A stretch of DNA of 64,000 nt from Opitutia bacterium (GTDB taxonomy: Bacteria; Verrucomicrobiota; Verrucomicrobiia; Opitutales; Opitutaceae): contig CANJVR010000001.1 of the NCBI GenBank assembly GCA_947478395.1, positions 32,001-96,000 of the forward strand, in the 5' to 3' direction. The translations under genes were made by a program, and so were the position numbers. Within the stretch, counting starts at the first letter, position 1, and every line of letters starts with the position of its first letter. Positions 1 through 8,624 of the stretch are shown here, piece by piece. The notes beneath the pieces were generated by a model. That model was not told the origin of the DNA. It saw nothing but the letters and a program-made list of their open reading frames with translations, and searched no databases.

Positions 1-392
1 GCACGGTTCGCGCCGCGATCGAGACCCGCCTCAAAGCAGGCGATGCGTTCGACAAAGCCGCCGCCAACGCTGCTGGCACGGCCTCCACCAAAATCGAAAC
101 CAAGGCGATCGCCGCCTTCACGCTCCGCAACCGCCCGCAGGACCTCGATTTCACGCTGCTCGGCGCGCTTGAAACCATGGAAAAAGGTCAGCTCTCCGAT
201 ATGGCGGTCACCGCCGACAAAGGCACGTTTGTTTACGCCGTGGACAAACAGAATCCCGATCTTAGCGAGTCCGGCCCGCGCTTCGCGGAAACACGCACGC
301 AGATCGCCTCCTACAATTCGCGTGTGGCCTCAGACGCTTTTATCTCGGAGATCGTTGAAACTGAGCTCAAGCGTTCCGAGCCGAAACCTTAA
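1..392 (+). CDS. 3' end of a gene running in from the left edge; probably PpiD/SurA-like periplasmic chaperone
   Basis: Frame open from base 3 to TAA 390-392 (…VRAAIETRLKAGDAFDKAA…MEKGQLSDM…); resembles PpiD-like C-termini. Confidence 0.45.
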   Translation, partial: TVRAAIETRLKAGDAFDKAAANAAGTASTKIETKAIAAFTLRNRPQDLDFTLLGALETMEKGQLSDMAVTADKGTFVYAVDKQNPDLSESGPRFAETRTQIASYNSRVASDAFISEIVETELKRSEPKP

Positions 393-596
393 GCGCGGCA
401 TTGGACTGGCAGGGCTCGTTGATTTCGTGGCGCGCCACCGTGACCGAGCCCACGGCGAAGTCGCGCTGCACCGTGCGACATCCGGCCTGCCGCGGATCGA
501 TCGGCCTTAATCCGTCCCCAGCCATCGCATCAGTCGACCAGCTAGCTAGCCCCATTTTTGCTCGTCGCCCGAAATCCATCTGCGTGAATCGAACCC

Positions 597-845
597 ATGC
601 CGCTGTTCATGTATGCTTCGCTCACGCCGCCCTGCCGTCTGTGCGGCGAGGGGTTCGAGCATCGGCAGAGCGCAAAGTCTCCGCCGCTCGCCGCATGTTT
701 GAAATGCGGACAAGCCGTGCGCCGCATGACAATTCAAGCCGTCAATTCACCGCAACTTTCCGCGCCACTGTCCGTCTCGCGCGCCAAACAAGCCGGTTTT
801 ACCCTCTTGAAACGCACCGCCGGCGGGGAGTTCGAAAAACAGTAA
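597..845 (+). CDS. FmdB-family zinc-ribbon protein
   Basis: MPLFMY start, CRLC…FEHRQ…CLKCG, 82 aa. Confidence 0.8.
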   Translation: MPLFMYASLTPPCRLCGEGFEHRQSAKSPPLAACLKCGQAVRRMTIQAVNSPQLSAPLSVSRAKQAGFTLLKRTAGGEFEKQ

Positions 846-903
846 CTTTCCGCCCGTGTTTGTGTTCTCAATAGCAACCTGCCGTTTCAATTTCAACTTC
901 GCC

Positions 904-2442
904 ATGCCACGCACCACCGCCCGCGCCACCGCCCTGCTTCTCCTCAGCTTCGCCGTACTAAAGCCTGTCTCGGCCCAAAGCCCCGCGCCCGCCGCTGCAC
1001 CCGCTCCGCCCAGCGCCCCGACGACCGGGCCCGCCGCTCCCCTCGGAGCGCCGCTGACGCTCACGGAGTGCATCGCCCTCGCGATGAAGAAAAACTTCGA
1101 CCTGCAAATCCAGGGATTTTCGACCGATATCGCCCGCGAAAATCTCGTGTCGGCCAAAGCCGCTTTTCTGCCGACGATCACCGCCTCGAGCCAGCGCGAT
1201 CTTTCCCGCGGCACGCGAGCGGTCGGGCAAAATGACGGGTCCGTCCTGTTGATTCCCAGCGACAGCAACAACACGGTATTCAATGCGGGCATCAGCGAGC
1301 GCATCCTCGAGACCAACGGTACGGTGTCGATTGGCGGGCGCGTATCCCGCGCCTCCTCTTCTCAACGCCAGCCCTTCAGCAGCAGCACCACGTTTAGCGT
1401 CAATCAACCGCTGTTGAAAAACGCCGGTCCCGCCATCGCCACCGCCACGATCGAGCGCAGCAAACTCGGCTTGGGCATCGCCTATATCAACTATCGCAGC
1501 CGCGTACTGACCGTGATTCGCGACACCGAGAACGCCTACTACAACCTCGTCGCCGCCCGCGAAACCCTCCGCATCCGTCAACTCACCCTCGACCTCAACC
1601 AAAAGCTGTTCGAGGAGAATAAAACCAAGCGCACGACCGGCGTGATGACCGACCTCGACGTGCTGACCGCAGAATACGGTGTGGCCAATGCCCGCCGCGC
1701 CGTGGTCCAGGCCGAACAAACCGCCAGCGACCGCGAAGACACCCTGCTCAATCTGATCAACGTCCCCAACTTCGAATCGCGCCCCGGTCCAGTCTCATTC
1801 GAAGTCTACAAGGCGGACCCGATCTCGTTCGCCACATCGTACAAAATGGCGCGCGAAAACTACCCCGACACCATGTCGGCCGAGCAGACGATCAAGCAAC
1901 TCGAGATCGATCTCGCCACGGCGAAGCGCAACCGACTGCCCACCCTCAATCTCACGGCTTCGCTGGGCTACAACACGGCCGACACCACCTACGGTGATGT
2001 CCTCACCCTCCGGCCCAACGACGCCGGTGACAATCGCTCCCTTGGCTTAACGTTCAACATGCCGTGGGGTATGAAAGCCGATCGCGCTGCTTACCGCACT
2101 GCGACGCTCAACCGCGACTCCCAAAAAGTCCGACTCGAACAGCTCGAACTCAGCCTGCTGGTGCAAGTCCGTACCGCGGTCCGCTCCGTTGAAGCCAACG
2201 CCGTCGCGGTCTCCCTAGCGGTTAAGGCGACCGAACTGTCGGCCCGCCAGTACGACCTCCAAAAAGCCCGCTTCGATGCCGGGCTCTCCACCAGCCGCCT
2301 CGTGCTGCAAGCGCAGGATGATTTGGAAACGGCGCGCTTCAACGAACTCAGCGCCAACCTGACCTTGCGCGGCGCGCTCGCCGAGCTGCAACGCCTCGAA
2401 GGCTCCTCAATCAAACGCTTCGGCGTCCAGCTCCCGGAATAA
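904..2442 (+). CDS. TolC-family outer membrane efflux protein
   Basis: Signal peptide, LTLTECIALAMKKN, two OEP repeats (AFLPTI / NRLPTLNL, ARFDAGLST). Confidence 0.88.
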   Translation: MPRTTARATALLLLSFAVLKPVSAQSPAPAAAPAPPSAPTTGPAAPLGAPLTLTECIALAMKKNFDLQIQGFSTDIARENLVSAKAAFLPTITASSQRDLSRGTRAVGQNDGSVLLIPSDSNNTVFNAGISERILETNGTVSIGGRVSRASSSQRQPFSSSTTFSVNQPLLKNAGPAIATATIERSKLGLGIAYINYRSRVLTVIRDTENAYYNLVAARETLRIRQLTLDLNQKLFEENKTKRTTGVMTDLDVLTAEYGVANARRAVVQAEQTASDREDTLLNLINVPNFESRPGPVSFEVYKADPISFATSYKMARENYPDTMSAEQTIKQLEIDLATAKRNRLPTLNLTASLGYNTADTTYGDVLTLRPNDAGDNRSLGLTFNMPWGMKADRAAYRTATLNRDSQKVRLEQLELSLLVQVRTAVRSVEANAVAVSLAVKATELSARQYDLQKARFDAGLSTSRLVLQAQDDLETARFNELSANLTLRGALAELQRLEGSSIKRFGVQLPE

Positions 2443-2604
2443 TTTTCCGCGGAGGCCGTGGCCAGAGGGCAACCTTCGACCGCGCTTGGTTCGCGATCTG
2501 ATCAAGCGCATGCCGTCGGGGCCCGAACTCCCGACGCCAACTTGATCCCGCGACTGCGATTCCGCACTCGCGCGCGTTACTGTATTTAAGCACGGTTTCA
2601 GGCC

Positions 2605-3177
2605 ATGTCCCGCATTGCGCTTTGGGTTCGCTCCGCCCTCTGGCTCTGGTTTCTCGCCGCCGTGGCGGCCGGTTATTTTCTCGTGCTTCAGCGGATACCA
2701 CCGCCGGCCACGCAGGCGATTCTTCTCGGTCTCACCGCCCTGACGCTCTCCGCCTATTTTCGCCTGGCCCCGCTTCGTGCCTGGGTCGACGCGCTCGATC
2801 CGCGCGCGCTCGTTCAGTTTCATCTGACCCGTTTCGTGGGAATTTATTTTCTGCTGCTCTACCGTCAGGGTGAACTGCCTTACGATTTCGCGGTGAAGGG
2901 CGGGATCGGCGACATCGTCGTCGCCATTTTCGCCAGCCTCCTGGTCTTTGCGCCTTTCGAAGAAACTCGGCGACTCCGCCTGCTCGTTATCTGGAATGTC
3001 ATCGGCTTGGTGGACATTCTTCTCGTGGTATTGACCGCGGTGCGCCTGAACCTGACCGATCCGTATCAAATGCGCGCGCTCACTCACCTGCCACTCAGCC
3101 TGCTGCCGACGTTTTTGGTGCCGCTGATCATAGCGACCCACGTCATTCTTTTCGTCCGCCTCGGCACGAAAAGATAA
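2605..3177 (+). CDS. Hypothetical integral membrane protein
   Basis: 190 aa with about 6 hydrophobic segments. Confidence 0.7.
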   Translation: MSRIALWVRSALWLWFLAAVAAGYFLVLQRIPPPATQAILLGLTALTLSAYFRLAPLRAWVDALDPRALVQFHLTRFVGIYFLLLYRQGELPYDFAVKGGIGDIVVAIFASLLVFAPFEETRRLRLLVIWNVIGLVDILLVVLTAVRLNLTDPYQMRALTHLPLSLLPTFLVPLIIATHVILFVRLGTKR

Positions 3178-3278
3178 TGCGCGGTTAGGGCCGATTCGAA
3201 AAATCCTCCGACGCGTAGGGTAGCGCACTCAAGCGCCCTGGCCTACCGCGATTATTCCCCGGGATATCTGGATCGACT

Positions 3279-4217
3279 CTACGCGTGATTTCCCACGAAC
3301 AGCGACTCCACGTCCCGCAGATCCTTCGCGGCGATCACACGGTGCGCCGGCAACTGCGTCCGAAACCACGTCCGCTGCTTCCGCACTAGCCCGCGCGTAT
3401 TCTTGACGATCTCGCCCGCCAACTCGGCCGCGCCCAACCTTCCGTCGTCCATGGCCAACACCTCCCGGTAGCCGATCGCCTTCGCGGCACTGAGATTTTT
3501 CTCGAGGCCCGCGGCCCGCAACCGCCGCACTTCTTCGACCAATCCGGCCTCGAGCATGATTTTTACACGAGCCGCGATGCGTTCATTCAGTTCAGCCGGG
3601 TCCCGTTCGAGCTGGGTTAACTCCAACCGAAAATCCACAAACGCCCCGGGCCGCGCCGCAAATTCCGCGCCCAAGGCCAGCAGTGTTTTCCCCGACCCCC
3701 GGCATCGCTCCAACGCCCGCGTCACCCGTCGGGGATTCGCCACGTCGAGCCCACCCAAGCCCGCCGGATTCAGGCTTTGTAGTTCAGCGACGAGCGCCGG
3801 CAGTCCGTCGCGCTCCAATCGCGCGGCGATCCCGGCCCGCAATTCCGCTGGCACCGTTACGTCGTCAGCCACCGGCGAAAAAAAGGCCTTCAGATAAAAT
3901 CCGCTTCCACCCGTCACCAGCACGGGCCGGCCCCGGGAGGCGATGGCGGCCACCGCCTCCCGCGCCTGCGCAATGTAGCGGGTGATATCCATCGCCTCCG
4001 TTACTTCGCAGAGGTCGATCAAGTGATGCGGGACGCGCGCGCGTTCCGCCGCGGAGGGCTTCGCCGTACCGAGATCCATGCCGCGATAAAACAACAACGA
4101 ATCGCACGACACGATTTCCGCGCCGCGCGCTTCCGCCCAGCGCAATGCCCATTCGGTTTTCCCGACCGCTGTGCAGCCGCTGAGAACATGGATTGTGCGT
4201 TGCGACTCCTCGGCCAT
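3279..4217 (-). CDS. miaA: tRNA dimethylallyltransferase
   Basis: GCTAVGKT, DSLLFYRGMDLGTAKP, VPHHLID, GGSGFY, RKQRTWFR. Confidence 0.96.
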   Translation of the reverse strand: MAEESQRTIHVLSGCTAVGKTEWALRWAEARGAEIVSCDSLLFYRGMDLGTAKPSAAERARVPHHLIDLCEVTEAMDITRYIAQAREAVAAIASRGRPVLVTGGSGFYLKAFFSPVADDVTVPAELRAGIAARLERDGLPALVAELQSLNPAGLGGLDVANPRRVTRALERCRGSGKTLLALGAEFAARPGAFVDFRLELTQLERDPAELNERIAARVKIMLEAGLVEEVRRLRAAGLEKNLSAAKAIGYREVLAMDDGRLGAAELAGEIVKNTRGLVRKQRTWFRTQLPAHRVIAAKDLRDVESLFVGNHA

Positions 4218-4532
4218 TACGCCCATCTTCGCCGCGCCGCTCGCAGCTCCAAGCCATTTCACCCCGCTTAAAAAAAGGTTTCATCCGCGATTCCCGCGCC
4301 AGCCCCGCCCGCAAACGCGCCACGACGCCTGCGGGCCTCGCCTGGACGCCAAGATCGCAACCATCGAACACCGCCGACACGCCGCCGAACTCCTGCGCCC
4401 TGCCGCCGCGCACGACGAACTCCATGACGCGCTCGAAGCCTCACCCCGTATAGGCCGCAAAAAGGCCCAAGAATTTCGGGAGCGGCCGGCCATTTCCCGC
4501 GCGCGCCTTGAGGCGCCTAAAGTCTCGGCCGG

Positions 4533-5333
4533 TTAGCGCTGCGTGCCGGCCACCAAATCCGCCGCCTTCGCGGCCAGCGCCGGAGCAATCTTATCCCGCG
4601 TCGCGAGGTTCTCTTTAATCAGATTCACCAGCGCACTGCCGACCACGACACCGTCCGCATGCGCCGCCACCTGCGCCACCTGGGCGCGAGTCCCAATTCC
4701 AAAGCCCACCGCGATCGGCAAACGGGTGTGGGCCTGAATGCGCGCCACCGCTTCCGGAATGCCGCCCGCAACCTGGTCGCGCACGCCCGTGACCCCTTCC
4801 CTCGACACATAATAAATGAAGCCGGTCGCGGCCGCCGCGATCGTTGCGATTCGCGCGGCGGGCGTCGTCGGCGCCACAATGCACACGGTGTCGAGACCAT
4901 GCGTCCGGCAGGCGGCCGAAAATTCCGCCGATTCCTCCGGCGGAAGATCGAGCACGAGCATGCCATCGACCCCGGCAGCCCGCGCCGCTTTCACGTAAGC
5001 CTCGACGCCATTTGAAAACACGAGGTTGTAATAAGTATAAAAAACGATCGGCGCTGCGCTGAACTCGCGGATTTTCCGCACGAGTTCGAACACCCGCGCG
5101 GCCGTCATGCCGCCTTCGAGCGCCCGTTGGGCCGCGAGTTGATTCGTCAGTCCGTCCGCCAGCGGATCGGAAAACGGCACGCCGAGCTCAAGCACGTCGA
5201 CCCCACTCAACAAGAGCGCGCGACAGGCCGCGAGCGACGTGTCGAAATCGGGGTCTCCCGCGCAGAGATAGGCGACAAACGCGGCGCGGTTCTGTTGACG
5301 GGCACGGGCGAAAGTTTCGGCGAGACGGGACAT
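4533..5333 (-). CDS. trpA: Tryptophan synthase alpha chain
   Basis: AGDPD, ELGVPFSDPLADG, DLPPEE, YYVSREGVTG, VGFGI, DGVVVGSA. Confidence 0.97.
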   Translation of the reverse strand: MSRLAETFARARQQNRAAFVAYLCAGDPDFDTSLAACRALLLSGVDVLELGVPFSDPLADGLTNQLAAQRALEGGMTAARVFELVRKIREFSAAPIVFYTYYNLVFSNGVEAYVKAARAAGVDGMLVLDLPPEESAEFSAACRTHGLDTVCIVAPTTPAARIATIAAAATGFIYYVSREGVTGVRDQVAGGIPEAVARIQAHTRLPIAVGFGIGTRAQVAQVAAHADGVVVGSALVNLIKENLATRDKIAPALAAKAADLVAGTQR

Positions 5334-5683
5334 GCGAAATATCATCGCCGCAAAATCCCGCCGTCGGCGCAAAGCGAATCTTAATGGGCCGAGCGGTCCT
5401 TCAGCTCGCAATTTTTAATTCAAAACGCAGCTAGCCCTCATATTTCGTCCTGAAACCAATAAAAAACTTTGGATCATAGAGAACATCGAACCCAGACCTC
5501 GAATCCACCGAGATAAAACGGATGACTTTATTTGCGAGGGGCATCTCCTCCGAAATCGCCATGGGACGAAGAAATACCGCAAACGCTGGGTTCTCCCTCG
5601 CCTCTATTCCCTCTGTGTAGCCGCCCTGGTTTGGGCAAGATTAGGAATATCCGGGCTGAAGCCGCGCTACCCCGGCCATCGGT

Positions 5684-6457
5684 TCACCCGATCTCCATCT
5701 CCACCAGCACCGGCCGGTGGTCCGACAGCAGCGTCTTCACCACCTGGCAGCTGACAAACCGGCAGCCAGAAGGCAGAAAAACAAAATCGAGCGCACGTTG
5801 CGGCAGCGGCGAGGGATAGGTTGGCGTGAGCACCGGATACAGCCGGTAGTCCCCGTAGTCGGAAAGGTGGCTTAACAGCGAGGCCGTGGCGTCGTCGCGC
5901 GTGCTCGGGGTGTTAAAATCGCCACACACAATCGGCATCACCGACCACTTCGCGGACCGCAGCCGGTGCTGATCCTTCAGCCACGCGAGCAAGCGGTCGA
6001 TTTGCCTTAAACGCTGGAAGCGCGAACTGAAATGCAGGTGCAGATTAACGACCGGCACCACGCAACCGCCGATGTCAACCTCCGCGAAGAGAAACCCCTT
6101 TTCGCCGAGCGAACGTCGCCCGAACACCACGGTCTCCGCATGCACGATGGGATGCCGCGAGAGCAACGCATTACCGTAGCAGAGATTCAACAGGCCCGTG
6201 CGCCGGTTGTTGATACCGAAGACCGCTTCGCGGAAACCCGCGTGAATTTTCAAATAGTTGAGGTGATCGAAATTTCCAGACCAACGTGAACGTTCGTCGA
6301 CCTCCTGCATCGCGACCAGGTCCGGCGCGAGTTTTCCCAGCAGCGCCGCGATACCGCGCAAATTCACCCGCAACTTACGCGAGGAGGTGAGTCCCTGGAT
6401 CGGCGTTAGGCCGCGGCCATGAGCAATGTTAAACGTGACGAGACGCAGACGGGGCAT
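5684..6457 (-). CDS. Endonuclease/exonuclease/phosphatase family protein
   Basis: TFNI, QEVD, GNALLSR, GDFN, LDFVF, SDHRPV. Confidence 0.9.
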   Translation of the reverse strand: MPRLRLVTFNIAHGRGLTPIQGLTSSRKLRVNLRGIAALLGKLAPDLVAMQEVDERSRWSGNFDHLNYLKIHAGFREAVFGINNRRTGLLNLCYGNALLSRHPIVHAETVVFGRRSLGEKGFLFAEVDIGGCVVPVVNLHLHFSSRFQRLRQIDRLLAWLKDQHRLRSAKWSVMPIVCGDFNTPSTRDDATASLLSHLSDYGDYRLYPVLTPTYPSPLPQRALDFVFLPSGCRFVSCQVVKTLLSDHRPVLVEMEIG

Positions 6458-6614
6458 GAACGTACAACTCCACCCAATCGCGGCCGGATCCGCTGGCAAG
6501 GCGAAGGACTATAAATCGACGGCCGCCGCGCCCAAGACCATCGCACGTTCAGAGCGGCGACGTCCCCGCTTTACGCGGACATGAGGATCGGCGCGCGACG
6601 CTTGCCAGAGAAAA

Positions 6615-8624
6615 TCACCGCCGAAAAAGTTTCGGGTGCAACGCCCTTGCGACGGCCGTCAAAAGTTGCCGGGGAGTAGCGGGCTTGCGGAGCAGTTCCA
6701 CTCCTTCGTCGTTCAGCGCGCCCACCAGGGGATTGGAGTCAGCGGCGGCGCTAAACGCGAGGATCGGCAGTTCAGGCGCGTGCTGCCGCAGCGCCCGAAT
6801 CAAGGCCGGGCCGTTCATCACGGGCATCATGATGTCGGTGACGATCAGTGCGACCTCGGCCTGGTGCTGCACGAACACGGCGAGAGCCTCCGCGCCGTCG
6901 CTGGCCAGCACCACGCGATAATTCTCGGCCTCGAGGGCGAGCTTCGTGATCTCCCGCACCCAGTGTTCATCGTCGGCAACGATAATCAGCTGGTTGAGAC
7001 CGGTGGGCAAGGCGGCTAAGGGGGCTCGGGAGGTCGACGCGTTAGAGGAAGCGACGGGAAGAAAAATCAGGAAACGGCTCCCGCGCCCGATCTCGCTCTC
7101 CACCTCGAGGAAGCCGTGGTGCGCACGAACAATCGATGCGACCGTCGACAGACCGAGGCCGGTGCCCTTCCCGATTTCCTTGGTGGTAAAAAACGGCTCG
7201 AAGATTTTTTCTTGCAGCTCGCGCGTCATCCCGACGCCGGTGTCGGCCACGGACATGCAAATGTATTGCCCGGGCCTGATCTCACCCTTTTCCCGCGCCC
7301 GCGTTTCGTTCACCGCGACTTCCTCCAGCTGGATGCGCAAGTCACCGCCATCGGGCATGGCATCGCGGGCATTGACGCAAAGGTTCACCAAAACCTGGTG
7401 TAAATGCGTCGCGTCGCATTCCACCAATTTGAGATTCGCCGGGACCTCGGAGCTGACACGAATGGAACAGGGCAGCGTGGCGGCCATCATGCCGCGGACT
7501 TCCTGAACGATATGGTCGAGAGCCGTCGGCTCGATTTTCCTCGCGCCACCGCCGGCAAACAGCAGCACCTGTCTCACCATATCAGCTCCGCGGCCGGCCG
7601 CAGATTTCACCATCTCGAGAATCCTCGTTCGCTCCGGTTCCGGCGTGACGGCTAGCAAATCGCTCGCGAGCAAAATGGGGGCCAAGACATTGTTGAGGTC
7701 GTGGGCAATTCCGCTCGCCAAGGTTCCGATACTCTGGAGCCGTTGCGTGCGCAGAAACTGATCGGCGGCTTTCTTCCGCTCGGTGGCATCCGTGTTGACG
7801 ACGAGAATTTTCTGGGGCGCGCCGGCTTCGTCCCGGACCAGCGTCCAGCGCGACTCCACCGTCCGTTCCCCGCCATTGAAGGTAATATGGCTCAATTCGC
7901 CGGTCCATTCGCCGCTGCGTAAAGTTTCCCGCTCCGCCAGCTGGGCGACAGGATCCTTCTCCTCGCCGAGCAGCGCGGGGGCTTTTTTTCCCATGACATT
8001 CACGGCCAGATGGCCGTAAAGGCGCTCGGCGCTGCAATTCCAGAAACTGATCGAGCCCGCGAGATCGCGAACGTAAATCGCGTCACGCGCCTTCGCGAGC
8101 AAGTCTGCCTGTTCCCGGGTCTGCGCTTCCATCTTGTCCCTGAACTCGATTTCCACGCGGAGCGCTTCGTTGGCCTGCGAAAGCTCCCGGGTGCGTTCCT
8201 CGACGCGCTTCTCAAGCAAGTCGCGCGCGAGCCGTAGCTCCCGCTGCAGACGGTGATTCAAGAGCGCCATTTCCACCGTGATCTGAAGTTCGCGTTCCTT
8301 GAACGGCTTCAAGAGGTAGCTGGCCGGGTAGGCAAACTTGGCGCGATTCAGTGTCTTCTCATCGGAGTTGGCCGTGAGAAAAACGATCGGCAAGTCGTGA
8401 CGCTCGCGGATCACCGCCGCCGCCACGATGCCGTCCATCGGGCCGCGCAGAAAAATATCCATCAGCATCAGATCCGGCTTCAGCTCCGCCGCCAGGGTCA
8501 CGGCCTGTTCACCCGTGGCGACAATACCACACACCTCAAACCCGAGCTTCGTGAGGCGTCGGCTTACATCGAGAGCGATCAGGCTCTCGTCTTCGACAAT
8601 CAGGATGCGGGGCAAAGGATTCAT
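6615..8624 (-). CDS. Hybrid sensor kinase REC-PAS-HisKA-HATPase-REC
   Basis: ILIVEDE…DLMLMDI…KPF receiver; PAS; AHDLNN H-box; NARDAM, DTGVGM, FFTTK, GTGLGL; C-terminal receiver (DDE…TDIMMP…KP). Confidence 0.93.
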   Translation of the reverse strand: MNPLPRILIVEDESLIALDVSRRLTKLGFEVCGIVATGEQAVTLAAELKPDLMLMDIFLRGPMDGIVAAAVIRERHDLPIVFLTANSDEKTLNRAKFAYPASYLLKPFKERELQITVEMALLNHRLQRELRLARDLLEKRVEERTRELSQANEALRVEIEFRDKMEAQTREQADLLAKARDAIYVRDLAGSISFWNCSAERLYGHLAVNVMGKKAPALLGEEKDPVAQLAERETLRSGEWTGELSHITFNGGERTVESRWTLVRDEAGAPQKILVVNTDATERKKAADQFLRTQRLQSIGTLASGIAHDLNNVLAPILLASDLLAVTPEPERTRILEMVKSAAGRGADMVRQVLLFAGGGARKIEPTALDHIVQEVRGMMAATLPCSIRVSSEVPANLKLVECDATHLHQVLVNLCVNARDAMPDGGDLRIQLEEVAVNETRAREKGEIRPGQYICMSVADTGVGMTRELQEKIFEPFFTTKEIGKGTGLGLSTVASIVRAHHGFLEVESEIGRGSRFLIFLPVASSNASTSRAPLAALPTGLNQLIIVADDEHWVREITKLALEAENYRVVLASDGAEALAVFVQHQAEVALIVTDIMMPVMNGPALIRALRQHAPELPILAFSAAADSNPLVGALNDEGVELLRKPATPRQLLTAVARALHPKLFRR

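Noticed and set aside
4220..4530. Small gene between miaA and trpA
   Set aside because: Several overlapping short ORFs, none with convincing start or motif
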